60,327 nucleotides of DNA from an uncultured Lachnospiraceae bacterium (GCA_964463325.1 CAYXBY010000002.1:1-60327), one strand, 5' to 3'; shown: positions 10,068 to 19,550, counted from the stretch's first letter. Numbers and translations: made by a program. The notes: generated from the letters alone by a model not told the origin.

Positions 10068-10295
10068 ATGGAAAAATTGTTAAAAATACTGAGTGAGCTG
10101 CATGACGACGTCGATTTTTCGACTGCCGAGGAGCTGATCGACGGTGGAATACTCGATTCCCTCGACATCGTCACGCTGATAACCGAGATAAACGAGGAAT
10201 TTGACGTTTCGATTCCCGCAGAGGAGATAATACCCGAGAATTTCAACTCGGCTGCGGCCATTATGGCGCTGATAGAGCGACTGGACGAGGAATAA
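10068..10295 (+). CDS. acyl/D-alanyl carrier protein (DltC-like)
   Basis: 75 aa with the phosphopantetheine-site context GGILDSLDIVTLI. Confidence 0.8.
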   Translation: MEKLLKILSELHDDVDFSTAEELIDGGILDSLDIVTLITEINEEFDVSIPAEEIIPENFNSAAAIMALIERLDEE

Positions 10296-10296
10296 A

Positions 10297-11886
10297 GTGT
10301 TATTCACATCACTTGAGTTTGTGATATTTGCTGCGGCGCTGCTGGTGCTTTACTATGTGCTGCCGCGCAAATGCCAGTGGCCGCTGCTGCTGGCGGCCAG
10401 CTACATATTTTATGCGCTGGCCGATCCGAAATATCTGATCTATATCGCTGTCGTCACGCTGACGTCTTACGCCACGGCGCTCGTCCTCGGGCACATGAGC
10501 CGCCGCGAAAATGAGCACATTGACGCTCTGCGCGACAGCATGTCGCGGGATGAGCGCAAGGCCTATCGCGCGGCGTCCAAGCGCGCGCGGCGGCGTGTGT
10601 TGGTGGCGGGACTTGTGGTTGGCTTTGGCATGCTGGCAGTGATAAAGTACACCGCGTTTGCGGTCGTCAACCTCAACTCGTTGCTGCATCTGTTCGGCGC
10701 CCGGGAGCTTAGCGTTCCCAGTCTGCTGCTGCCGATGGGAATATCGTTCTACACCTTTCAGGCTATGGGATACCTCATCGACGTCTATCGCGGTAAGGCC
10801 GAGCCGGAGCGCAATGTGGCCAAGTATGCGCTGTTTGTGGCGTTTTTCCCTCAGCTGATACAGGGGCCGATATCCCGCTTCGGTGACCTTGAGGCGCAGC
10901 TGTGCGCCCCGCATGCGCCGTCGGCTGCGGGCATATGCTCTGGACTTTTGCGCGTGCTTTGGGGTTACTTCAAAAAGCTGGTCGTGGCAGATCGCATGCT
11001 GGTGGCTGTGTCGGCGCTGATAGACAAGCCGGAGCAGCACAGCGGCGTTTATGTGGTGCTGCTGATATTGTTTTATTCTGTCGAGATATACGCCGATTTT
11101 ACCGGCGGCATCGACATAACCATAGGTCTTGCCGAGGCGCTTGGCATAGAGCTGCACGAGAACTTTAAGCATCCGTTTTTTTCACGCTCCACGAAGGAAT
11201 ACTGGCGTCGCTGGCACATCACCATGGGCACGTGGTTTTCGGACTACATCTTCTACCCGCTTTCGGTGTCCTCTCCCATGCAAAAGCTGTCAAAGTGGGG
11301 GCGTCGGCACCTCGGGACGGCTGTCGGCAAGCGGCTGCCGGTCTATCTCGCCACGCTGGCGACATGGTTCTTGACGGGGCTTTGGCACGGCGCGGGATGG
11401 AATTTTATAGTTTGGGGACTGCTGAACGCCGTCATAATTCTTGTCTCGCAGGAGCTTGCCCCGTTGTACGAGCGGGCGCACGACCGCGCCCCGCGACTTT
11501 TTGCCTCGCGTGGCTGGGGAGTGTTCATGATGGTGCGCACCTTCCTGCTTATGGGAACGGTTCGGGTGCTGGACTGCTATCGCAGCGTCCCGACCACCTT
11601 TCGCATGGTGGGCAGCATTTTCACGACTGCCAATTGGGTGGCGCTCTTTGATGGCTCTGTCCTTGCGCTGGGGCTGGGCGTGGCGGACTATGTCCTGGTT
11701 GCGCTTTGCTGCTGCCTCATGGTGGCGGTCAGCGCATACAACGAGCGCGGAGACATACGTCGGGCGCTTTGGGAGCGGCCGACGGCACTGTGCGCAGTGG
11801 CGGCGGCACTGGTGCTATTTATCATCGTTTTCGGCGCCTGGGGTGTCGGATACGATGCAAATCAGTTTATCTATAATCAATTCTGA
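10297..11886 (+). CDS. MBOAT-family membrane O-acyltransferase (DltB/AlgI-like)
   Basis: Polytopic, with the MBOAT His motifs WRRWHITMGTWFSDYIFYPL and GLWHGAGWNF. Confidence 0.85.
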   Translation: MLFTSLEFVIFAAALLVLYYVLPRKCQWPLLLAASYIFYALADPKYLIYIAVVTLTSYATALVLGHMSRRENEHIDALRDSMSRDERKAYRAASKRARRRVLVAGLVVGFGMLAVIKYTAFAVVNLNSLLHLFGARELSVPSLLLPMGISFYTFQAMGYLIDVYRGKAEPERNVAKYALFVAFFPQLIQGPISRFGDLEAQLCAPHAPSAAGICSGLLRVLWGYFKKLVVADRMLVAVSALIDKPEQHSGVYVVLLILFYSVEIYADFTGGIDITIGLAEALGIELHENFKHPFFSRSTKEYWRRWHITMGTWFSDYIFYPLSVSSPMQKLSKWGRRHLGTAVGKRLPVYLATLATWFLTGLWHGAGWNFIVWGLLNAVIILVSQELAPLYERAHDRAPRLFASRGWGVFMMVRTFLLMGTVRVLDCYRSVPTTFRMVGSIFTTANWVALFDGSVLALGLGVADYVLVALCCCLMVAVSAYNERGDIRRALWERPTALCAVAAALVLFIIVFGAWGVGYDANQFIYNQF

Positions 11887-11919
11887 GTGGGTGTGTTACC
11901 CTGAAAGGACATCACAAAT

Positions 11920-12537
11920 ATGAAAATAGTGCTTGCTACACGCAATAAAGGTAAGATACGTGAGTTCGCAGACCTCATGGCGAAGCATCTCAAAAAGGTA
12001 GAGGTGCTGTCACTGGACGACATCGGCTTTGAGGGCGAGATAGAAGAGACCGGCTCAAGCTTTGACGAAAATGCCATGCTCAAGGCACGCGCCGCGGCTG
12101 ATCACTCAGGACTGATCGCCGTTGCGGATGACTCCGGGCTGACCGTCGCGGCGCTGGACGGCGCCCCGGGCATATATTCGGCGCGGTATTCAGGTGTCGA
12201 CGGCCCCGATCGTGACCGCGCCAACAACGAAAAGCTGCTGCATGAGCTGGAGGGCGTCAGCGCGAGGGAGGCGGCGTTTGTCTGCTGCCTGGCCTGTGCG
12301 TTTCCGGACAGCATGCCGGCGCGGGACTTTGTGGTCTGGGGCGTTACGCCGGGTGAGATACTTTGCGCGCCACGCGGCGAGAACGGCTTTGGCTATGACC
12401 CGCTGTTCTGGTACGATGAGCTGGGCAAGACGTTTGCGGAAATGACGCCCGAGCAAAAGAATGTGCTGAGTCACCGCGCACGGGCGACCGTGCAGCTGGC
12501 CGAGCACTTTGCAAATATGATAATAATTGAAAGGTAA
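11920..12537 (+). CDS. rdgB: XTP/dITP diphosphatase (non-canonical purine NTP pyrophosphatase)
   Basis: LATRNKGKIREF N-terminus and FGYDPLF motif of the Ham1/RdgB family. Confidence 0.92.
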   Translation: MKIVLATRNKGKIREFADLMAKHLKKVEVLSLDDIGFEGEIEETGSSFDENAMLKARAAADHSGLIAVADDSGLTVAALDGAPGIYSARYSGVDGPDRDRANNEKLLHELEGVSAREAAFVCCLACAFPDSMPARDFVVWGVTPGEILCAPRGENGFGYDPLFWYDELGKTFAEMTPEQKNVLSHRARATVQLAEHFANMIIIER

Positions 12538-12543
12538 ATAGAT

Positions 12544-12828
12544 ATGACATCAAAGCAAAGAGCATACCTCCGCGGTCTTGCCGCCAGGGAGGACACCATT
12601 ATGCAGATCGGCAAGGGCGGCATCAGCGAGGCGCTGATAGCCACGGTTTCTGACGCGCTTGAGGCGCGCGAGCTGATAAAGCTCAAGGTGCTGGACAATA
12701 GCGAGGAGTCGCCGCGCAGCGCGGCCGAGGCACTTGCCGCGGCAACCGGCGCCGAGGTGGTGACGGTCATAGGGACAAAGCTGGTGCTTTATCGTCCCTC
12801 GGAGAACCACCGCCGCATCGAGCTATGA
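12544..12828 (+). CDS. yhbY: ribosome-assembly RNA-binding protein YhbY (CRM domain)
   Basis: 94 aa, KQRAYLRGLA...IMQIGKGGIS...ELIKLKVL. Confidence 0.88.
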   Translation: MTSKQRAYLRGLAAREDTIMQIGKGGISEALIATVSDALEARELIKLKVLDNSEESPRSAAEALAAATGAEVVTVIGTKLVLYRPSENHRRIEL

Positions 12829-13436
12829 TAGACGGGATAGAGCGCGTCGGCGTCTACGGCGGGACGTTCGCTCCGGTGCACAACGGCCATGTGGCGGCCG
12901 CGCGCGCGTTTTTTGAGCAGATGAAGCTGGATCGAGTCCTGATCATTCCCGATCGCATACCGCCGCATAAGTCGATAGACCGCGGCGACGACCCGACAAA
13001 GCGACTGGAAATGTGCCGACTTGCGTTTGATTTTGAGGGCATGGAGGTCTCCGACCTCGAGCTAAAGCGCGAGGGTCCCAGCTACACGGTCGACACGCTG
13101 CGCCAGCTGACCGCCCCCGGGCGAAAGCTGTTTTTGCTGTGTGGGACGGATATGATGCTGACACTGGACGAATGGCATGAGTTTGAGGACATATTCAAGC
13201 TGTGCTGCCCGGTGTATATCCGACGCGAAAATGACACATCACTAAATGAGAAGATCATAACGAAAAATTCGGAGTATTTTCGGAAATATGGCGTCGCATT
13301 CCGCCGAATACTGTCAGAACCCATTGAGGTCACCTCGACCGAGCTGCGTCAGGCGGTCAGGTCAGGGCAGAGCATCCATGGGCTTGTGCCCGATGCGGTC
13401 GAGCGCTATATAAAGGAGCAGAGACTGTATGTCTGA
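12825..13436 (+). CDS. nadD: nicotinate-nucleotide adenylyltransferase
   Basis: GGTFAPVHNGH nucleotidyltransferase motif. ATGA overlap with the yhbY stop. Confidence 0.92.
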   Translation: MIDGIERVGVYGGTFAPVHNGHVAAARAFFEQMKLDRVLIIPDRIPPHKSIDRGDDPTKRLEMCRLAFDFEGMEVSDLELKREGPSYTVDTLRQLTAPGRKLFLLCGTDMMLTLDEWHEFEDIFKLCCPVYIRRENDTSLNEKIITKNSEYFRKYGVAFRRILSEPIEVTSTELRQAVRSGQSIHGLVPDAVERYIKEQRLYV

Positions 13437-14082
13437 GGTCTTGATCACCGATACGGCGCTGGCCGTGCTGCGCGACGACGTTCGTGCAAGGCTTTCGCCA
13501 GGGCGTGCCGAGCACACGTTTGGCGTTGAGCGGGCAGCGGCCTATATGTCGGAGCGACTGTGCTCCGAAAAGCTGCCGCTGCTGCGAGCCGCGGCGCTGC
13601 TTCACGACATAACAAAGGAATATTCTTTTGAAAAACAGTTGAAAATCTGCGACGAATTTGGTATAATATTAAGAGATGACGAGATGGGCTCACCTCAGGT
13701 GCTGCATGCCATAACAGCGGCGGCGGTCATACCGGTCGAATATCCGTCATTCTCACTGCCGGAGCTTTGCGGCGCAGTTCGCTGGCATACAACAGGCCGC
13801 GCCGGCATGACGTTGGCCGAGAAGATAGTTTTTCTCGCCGACTATATTGAGGACGGCCGCAAATATGCGGGCTGTGTGGCACTGAGGACGTCATTTATGC
13901 GTCAGCTTGACGCGCTGTGTGGTGCCGGAACGGTCGATATGGCCGCGCGGCTGGCCTGCCTTGACAGTGCAGTCCTTGCCGAGCTTGACGGAACACTGAC
14001 ATCCTTAAATGACCGCGGCCTTGCGGTGAATCTTGATACTCTCCGCGCAAGAGACTTTTTATTGCAAAACACGGGATCATGA
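13429..14082 (+). CDS. yqeK: HD-domain bis(5'-nucleosyl)-tetraphosphatase YqeK
   Basis: HD motif LLHDITKE. Conserved position after nadD, with an 8-nt overlap onto the nadD stop. Confidence 0.85.
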   Translation: MSEVLITDTALAVLRDDVRARLSPGRAEHTFGVERAAAYMSERLCSEKLPLLRAAALLHDITKEYSFEKQLKICDEFGIILRDDEMGSPQVLHAITAAAVIPVEYPSFSLPELCGAVRWHTTGRAGMTLAEKIVFLADYIEDGRKYAGCVALRTSFMRQLDALCGAGTVDMAARLACLDSAVLAELDGTLTSLNDRGLAVNLDTLRARDFLLQNTGS

Positions 14083-14176
14083 CGGCATTTTTCATCACAT
14101 ATCGCTAAACTCATCCATCAATTCTACAACAATTACATATTTGCGGCATGCAAGTGCCGCTTGAAAGGTGGAATTG

Positions 14177-15229
14177 ATGATGGAAAGAAAGCATGCTCAG
14201 TCGGCAGTGCTGCTGGCGGTGGCAGTTGCTGTGATACTTGTGGCGTTTGTTGTGACGTATATTGTGGTTATGTGCTTCGCGGATGGAGGCGACGCTGACG
14301 GGGCAGTTTCGGCGGCAGTCGAGGACTCCGATGCGAGTGGACGCTACATTTTTCTGGTCGCGGGGCGCGACGAGGTGTCGGGGCTGACGGACGTGCTGCT
14401 GTTGGTCTCGTTCGACGCTGACGTAGGTGAGGTCTGCGTGCTGCAGCTGCCGCGCGACACCTATTTCAACTGCACTCGTCGCAGCTACAAAAAGCTCAAT
14501 GGCGCCACGTCGGCGCTGGGTGGACTTCGCGCACTGGCTGACGAGCTCGAGATGGTACTCGGAGTCAGGATAGACCACACCGTTGACCTGACGCTCGATA
14601 CCTTTTCGCAGTTGGTCGATCTCATTGGCGGCGTGCCGATAAACGTGCCCTATGACATGGACTATGAGGATGAGTCACAGGGACTGTCCATCCATCTCCG
14701 CGCTGGTGAGCACAGGCTGTGTGGCGACGAGGCGGTGCAGTTCGTCCGCTTCCGCTCGGGCTATGTTCAGGGCGATATCGGGAGGATCGACGCGCAAAAG
14801 CTGTTCCTGGCGGCACTGGCGCGGCAGGTGACCGAGAATGTCGGCCCACTGCGGCTGCCCGCGATAGTCGGTGCAGCGTTGGGGCGAGTCAAGACCGATA
14901 TGAACCTTGCAACCGCCATAAGCATTGCCCGCGCGGCACTGCGGCTGGAGCTCGACAAGATAGTTATGCTGACGCTGCCGGGCGCCGATGCGCGCACGGG
15001 CGGCAACCGCGGGGCGTGGTACTACGTCATGAACCGCCGTGCGACCGGTGAGGTCATGACCAATTATTTTGGAGTGGATGGGGAATGGCTACTTGACGCC
15101 GAACGGCGCTTTACCAATCCCGCCTACCCGCATTTCGAGAAAATATACGACGCCGATGACATCGCCTACAGCGAGCATCGAGCCGACGGTATAAATCAAA
15201 ACGGTATAGGCATCGACCTTGCCGGATGA
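14177..15229 (+). CDS. LCP-family (LytR-CpsA-Psr) cell-envelope transferase
   Basis: N-terminal TM segment, then LLLVSFDADVGEVCVLQLPRDTYF typical of the LCP domain. Start set to the first ATG (14177); the track starts at GTG 14168. Confidence 0.85.
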   Translation: MMERKHAQSAVLLAVAVAVILVAFVVTYIVVMCFADGGDADGAVSAAVEDSDASGRYIFLVAGRDEVSGLTDVLLLVSFDADVGEVCVLQLPRDTYFNCTRRSYKKLNGATSALGGLRALADELEMVLGVRIDHTVDLTLDTFSQLVDLIGGVPINVPYDMDYEDESQGLSIHLRAGEHRLCGDEAVQFVRFRSGYVQGDIGRIDAQKLFLAALARQVTENVGPLRLPAIVGAALGRVKTDMNLATAISIARAALRLELDKIVMLTLPGADARTGGNRGAWYYVMNRRATGEVMTNYFGVDGEWLLDAERRFTNPAYPHFEKIYDADDIAYSEHRADGINQNGIGIDLAG

Positions 15230-15249
15230 ATTTAAGGAAGGAAAAAACT

Positions 15250-15690
15250 ATGCAAGAGATAATGTCTGATGAGGAATATAGACGGCTGCCCTCGCTTAAG
15301 GACGCCGATCCGCTGACGCTGGCAGAGGCCATTCACGATATCCTCTACGAAAAGCGCGGCAGAAACATTAAGATACTCAAGGTCGAGAGCCGAACGGTCA
15401 TCACCGATTACCTGGTGCTGTGCACCGGTACCTCGAGCACGCAGGTGCGGGGTCTGGCGGACGAGGTCGAGTACAAGACCTCGCTGCGCCATCTCCATCC
15501 CTTTGGCGTAGAGGGGCGCGGCAACAGCTCCTGGATCGCTATGGATTACGGCACCGTGATGGTGCACGTCTTCAACCGCGACGCACGGGAGTTCTATAAT
15601 CTCGATAAGCTTTACGGCACGACAACAGAGGTGTCATCCGATGCGGAGGACACCGACGAAAATATTGAAGAATCGCAGGAAAACGACTGA
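15250..15690 (+). CDS. rsfS: ribosome silencing factor RsfS (with acidic C-terminal tail)
   Basis: ITDYLVLCTGTSSTQVRGLADEV core. AAGGAAGGA RBS lies 8 nt before ATG 15250. An alternative ATG at 15226 overlaps the upstream stop. Confidence 0.85.
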   Translation: MQEIMSDEEYRRLPSLKDADPLTLAEAIHDILYEKRGRNIKILKVESRTVITDYLVLCTGTSSTQVRGLADEVEYKTSLRHLHPFGVEGRGNSSWIAMDYGTVMVHVFNRDAREFYNLDKLYGTTTEVSSDAEDTDENIEESQEND

Positions 15691-18104
15691 TGAAATACGA
15701 TTATCTTAAGGTAGAAAAAAAGTGGCAGGATCGCTGGGAGCAGGCGGGTGTGTTCCGCGCGCTCGACGAAAAGGACGCCGGCGGCAAGCCAAAATATTAT
15801 GCGCTGGTCGAGTTTCCGTATCCGAGCGGCGCCGGCATGCACGTTGGACATATAAAGGCCTATTCGGGTCTTGAGGTCATCTCGCGCATGCGTCGCATGC
15901 AGGGCTACAATGTGCTTTTCCCCATGGGCTTTGACGCATTTGGCCTGCCGACGGAGAATTACGCCATTAAGACCGGTATGCACCCGCGTGCCGTCACCGA
16001 CAAGAACATAGAAAAATTCACACAGCAGCTGCGCCGCGTGGGCTACAGCTTTGACTGGGATCGCGTCATCGATACCACCGAGGAGGATTATTATCACTGG
16101 ACGCAGTGGATATTTCTCAAAATGTTTGAGGCCGGACTGGCCTTCCGCGACACTGCGCTGGTCAACTATTGCCCCAGCTGCAAGGTCGTGCTCTCTAACG
16201 AGGACAGTCAGGGCGGCCATTGCGACATCTGCCACAGCGAGGTGGTGCAGCGCTCCAAGGATGTGTGGTATCTGCGCATAACCAAGTATGCTGACCGCCT
16301 GCTGGACGGCCTGCGCGAGGTCGACTATCTGCCCAATATTAAGCAGCAGCAGGTCAACTGGATCGGTCGCTCCGAGGGCGCATTCGTCAACTTTGGCCTT
16401 GACGGTAAGTCTGATCGGCTGCGCATATACACCACCCGCCCCGACACGCTGTTCGGCGTGACGTTTATGGTCATGGCGCCTGAGCACCCGCTGATCGACA
16501 AATATGCCGACAGCATCGCCAACATGGACGAGGTGCGCGATTACCGCGCAAAGTGCGCAAAAAAGACCGAGTTCGAGCGCACACAGCTGGTCAAGGAAAA
16601 GACGGGCGTGCGCCTTGATGGGCTGAGCGCCGTCAACCCGCTGACAGGCAAGGTGCTGCCGATATACATTGCCGACTATGTCATGATGGGCTACGGAACC
16701 GGCGCTATCATGGCGGTTCCTGCGCACGATCAGCGCGACTGGGAGTTCGCACGTAAGTTCGGCATCGATATCATTGAGGTCATCAAGGGCGGCGACGTCG
16801 AAAAGGAGGCCTATGCTGGTGACGGCGAGATGGTCAACTCCGATTTTCTCAATGGCTACACCAACAAAAAGGATTCCATCCACCGCGCCGTTGAGGAGCT
16901 TGAGCGTCTCGGCGCCGGAGAGGGCGGAGTTCAGTATAAAATGAAGGACTGGGCCTTTAACCGTCAGCGCTATTGGGGTGAGCCGATACTGATCGTGCAT
17001 TGCCCGCATTGCGGAATGGTTCCCGTGCCGTATGACGAGTTGCCGCTGCGCCTGCCCGACATGAAGGAATTCGCGCCGGGGCAGAACGGCGAATCGCCGC
17101 TGGCAAGGATAGAGGAATTTGTGCACTGCAAGTGCCCGAGGTGCGGAGCCGATGCCCGCCGCGAGACCGACACCATGCCGCAGTGGGCGGGCTCGTCCTG
17201 GTATTTCCTGCGCTATGCCGACCCGCACAATCACGAGCGCCTGGCCGATTTCGATAAGCTGAAATACTGGTTGCCTGTCGACTGGTACAATGGTGGCATG
17301 GAGCACGTTACACGTCACGTGATATATTCGCGCTTCTGGCATAAATTCCTTTACGATATCGGCGTTGTGCCGACCGAGGAGCCGTATGCCAAGCGCACGG
17401 CGCAGGGACTCATCCTGGGGCCTGACGGCGAGAAGATGTCCAAATCCAAGGGTAATGTGGTCGACCCCAACACTGTAATAGATGCCTACGGCGCCGATGT
17501 GTTGCGCACATATGTCCTCTTTATGGGCGACTATTCGGCCGCGGCACCGTGGTCGGAGAGCAGCGTAAAGGGCTGCAAGCGCTTTCTTGAACGCGTGGCA
17601 GACCTTGCTGGAATGGTCAAGGGCAGCGGAGCGACACCCGAGCTCGATTCCGCCTTCCATAAGACGGTCAAAAAGGTGACAGAGGATTACAACAGCCTCA
17701 AGTTCAATACGGCAATTGCCGCGCTCATGGGACTGCTCAACGATATCATGGCGCACGGCGCGCTGACGCGCGACGAACTCGAGACCTACATCAAGCTGCT
17801 CTCGCCGGTCGCGCCGCACCTCTGCGAGGAGATCAACGAGGGACTTGGCAACAGCACCATGCTGGCTGTCGCCTCCTGGCCGGAGTATGACGCCGCCAAG
17901 ACGGTCGACGCGACTGTCGAGGTCGCAGTTCAGCTCAATGGCAAGCTGCGCGGGACATTGATGCTGCCCAAGGACTGCCCGCCGGCAGACGCCATCGCCG
18001 CCGCACGCGCGGACGAGCGATTCGCCGCACTGCTTGAGGGTAAGACCGTCGTCAAGGAGATCGCGGTGCCAAACCGCATCATTAATTTCGTCGTTCGCGG
18101 TTGA
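15690..18104 (+). CDS. leuS: leucyl-tRNA synthetase
   Basis: HIGH-type motif PYPSGAGMHVGH and KMSKS motif KMSKSKGN. 804 aa. TGATG overlap with the rsfS stop. Confidence 0.97.
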   Translation: MKYDYLKVEKKWQDRWEQAGVFRALDEKDAGGKPKYYALVEFPYPSGAGMHVGHIKAYSGLEVISRMRRMQGYNVLFPMGFDAFGLPTENYAIKTGMHPRAVTDKNIEKFTQQLRRVGYSFDWDRVIDTTEEDYYHWTQWIFLKMFEAGLAFRDTALVNYCPSCKVVLSNEDSQGGHCDICHSEVVQRSKDVWYLRITKYADRLLDGLREVDYLPNIKQQQVNWIGRSEGAFVNFGLDGKSDRLRIYTTRPDTLFGVTFMVMAPEHPLIDKYADSIANMDEVRDYRAKCAKKTEFERTQLVKEKTGVRLDGLSAVNPLTGKVLPIYIADYVMMGYGTGAIMAVPAHDQRDWEFARKFGIDIIEVIKGGDVEKEAYAGDGEMVNSDFLNGYTNKKDSIHRAVEELERLGAGEGGVQYKMKDWAFNRQRYWGEPILIVHCPHCGMVPVPYDELPLRLPDMKEFAPGQNGESPLARIEEFVHCKCPRCGADARRETDTMPQWAGSSWYFLRYADPHNHERLADFDKLKYWLPVDWYNGGMEHVTRHVIYSRFWHKFLYDIGVVPTEEPYAKRTAQGLILGPDGEKMSKSKGNVVDPNTVIDAYGADVLRTYVLFMGDYSAAAPWSESSVKGCKRFLERVADLAGMVKGSGATPELDSAFHKTVKKVTEDYNSLKFNTAIAALMGLLNDIMAHGALTRDELETYIKLLSPVAPHLCEEINEGLGNSTMLAVASWPEYDAAKTVDATVEVAVQLNGKLRGTLMLPKDCPPADAIAAARADERFAALLEGKTVVKEIAVPNRIINFVVRG

Positions 18105-18125
18105 TAGCTGCCGAAAATGGCGGAT

Positions 18126-18170
18126 TTCGGGCAGGATAATAATATTTTATCCCTGCCCGAACGAATTTTT
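18126..18170 (+). terminator. probable leuS terminator
   Basis: TTCGGGCAGGATAA (18126-18139) pairs with TTATCCCTGCCCGAA (18147-18161), about 14 bp with one bulge. T5 (18166-18170) starts 5 nt after the stem. Confidence 0.5.
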
Positions 18171-18182
18171 GAGCTTTTGCTA

Positions 18183-18211
18183 TTGACAACAGCGATTTGT
18201 TGTTGTATAAT
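18183..18211 (+). promoter_or_regulatory. consensus sigma-70-type promoter for rpsU
   Basis: TTGACA (18183-18188), 17 nt, TATAAT (18206-18211). Confidence 0.6.
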
Positions 18212-18273
18212 ATTACAGTAAATTTGTCGAGAAGCTGATAGCTCTGACTGCAACCGGAGGGAGGGAAAAAAGA

Positions 18274-18450
18274 ATGGCAGAAGTTAAGCTGAAGGAAGGC
18301 GAGACCCTTGATAGCGCTCTCCGTCGCTTTAAGCGTCAGGTTGCCCGCACGGGCGTCCTTGCCGAGCTCCGTAAGAGAGAGCACTATGAAAAGCCAAGTG
18401 TTAAGCGCAAGAAAAAGTCCGAAGCGGCCAGAAAGCGTAAGTACAAATAA
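18274..18450 (+). CDS. rpsU: 30S ribosomal protein S21 (not in the ORF track, 58 aa)
   Basis: Hand translation: [58 protein letters not shown], then TAA at 18448-18450. GGAGGGAGGG RBS region at 18256-18265. Confidence 0.93.
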   Translation: MAEVKLKEGETLDSALRRFKRQVARTGVLAELRKREHYEKPSVKRKKKSEAARKRKYK

Positions 18451-18488
18451 TCCGGAATAAGCATTCAGCTCAGTTGGATTGCAGTTAA

Positions 18489-18525
18489 GGCGGTATAACA
18501 GATTTTCTGTTACACCGCCTTTTCT
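18489..18525 (+). terminator. rpsU intrinsic terminator (between convergent rpsU and ldh)
   Basis: GGCGGTATAACAG (18489-18501) pairs with CTGTTACACCGCC (18507-18519), 12 of 13 bp, followed by TTTTCT. The minus-strand side has only a weak T-run. Confidence 0.8.
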
Positions 18526-18531
18526 GGTGCC

Positions 18532-19503
18532 TCAGCCCGGCAGGGGCGCGGGCACGACATCGCGTATTATTTCCTTCATTTTGTCCGCCGAGAGCCGCAG
18601 CGCATGAAGCTCATCGCCGTTCAGCGGCAGCTCGAGCACGCGCCGTACCCCGCCGCGCCCAACTATGCAGGGCACGCCCAGGCATACGTCATGCAGACCA
18701 TACTGTCCGCGCAGCAGCGACGACACCGGCAGGATGGCGCTCTCATCGTGCAAAATGGCGTCGACTATGCGCCGCACCGCCTCGGCAACGGCGTAATATG
18801 TCGCGCCCTTGGCCTCGATTATCTCGTAGGCCGAGTGCTTGACCTGCTCATAAAGCTGCCCCAGTCGCTCCATACCGCAGTCATGGCAGCCGTCAAGGCA
18901 AAAATTCGCCAGCGGGATGCCGGAGACGGTTGCGCAGCTCCAAACGGCCAGCTCGCTGTCGCCGTGCTCGCCGATGATGAAGGAATGAATGTTTCGACTG
19001 TCTACGCCGAGGTATTCGCCGGCCAAAAACTTCAGTCGAGCTGTGTCGAGCACGGTTCCCGAGCCTATCACGCGCTCGGCGGGGTAGTCCGACAGCTGTA
19101 GCGCGGCGTAGGTGAGTATGTCGACCGGGTTGGTCACGATGAGCAGGATGGCGTCGGTTGTGTAGCGCGTAATGCTGGCGATGATGGGCTCGAAGATGCG
19201 GACATTCGAGCGCACGAGGTCGGTCCGAGTCTGCCCCGGACGCTGTGCGCAGCCGGCAGTGATGATTATTATGGCGGCATCGATGGTGTCGGAGTAGTCG
19301 CCAGCGTAAATGCTCATGGGCGCCGCAAACGGCATGGCGTGATTGAGATCCGCCGCTTCGCCGGCTGCTTTTTTTTGATCGATGTCGATCAGCACGAGCT
19401 CGGTGAAGGTGCGGTTTAGCATAAGTGAATAGGCCACTGTCGCGCCGACGTTGCCGCACCCGACGATGACGCATTTGCGAGTGTCAATTGCATCGTTGTT
19501 CAT
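18532..19503 (-). CDS. ldh: L-lactate dehydrogenase
   Basis: Rossmann N-terminus VIVGCGNVGATVAYSL and catalytic-loop region IIGEHGDSE. 323 aa. Confidence 0.93.
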   Translation of the reverse strand: MNNDAIDTRKCVIVGCGNVGATVAYSLMLNRTFTELVLIDIDQKKAAGEAADLNHAMPFAAPMSIYAGDYSDTIDAAIIIITAGCAQRPGQTRTDLVRSNVRIFEPIIASITRYTTDAILLIVTNPVDILTYAALQLSDYPAERVIGSGTVLDTARLKFLAGEYLGVDSRNIHSFIIGEHGDSELAVWSCATVSGIPLANFCLDGCHDCGMERLGQLYEQVKHSAYEIIEAKGATYYAVAEAVRRIVDAILHDESAILPVSSLLRGQYGLHDVCLGVPCIVGRGGVRRVLELPLNGDELHALRLSADKMKEIIRDVVPAPLPG

Positions 19504-19518
19504 GATATCAGACTCCTC

Positions 19519-19550
19519 AAAAAAATAAGCGGGAGATAAATCCCGCTTAT
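19519..19550 (-). terminator. intrinsic terminator after the YhhN-like gene, abutting the ldh RBS
   Basis: ATAAGCGGGA (19525-19534), 6-nt loop, TCCCGCTTAT (19541-19550), a perfect 10-bp stem. On the minus strand it is followed by T7 (19519-19525 on the plus strand is A7). Confidence 0.75.

Noticed and set aside
15612-17819. 735-aa ORF antisense to leuS. Similar long antisense ORFs occur at 108-1340, 10309-11172, 34737-36005, 36697-37926, 55545-57545 and 58721-59980.
   Set aside because: Each lies fully opposite a gene with unmistakable conserved motifs. Their translations are Arg/Ala/Gly/His-rich low-complexity sequences typical of stop-poor antisense frames in GC-rich DNA. None has an RBS or a family resemblance.
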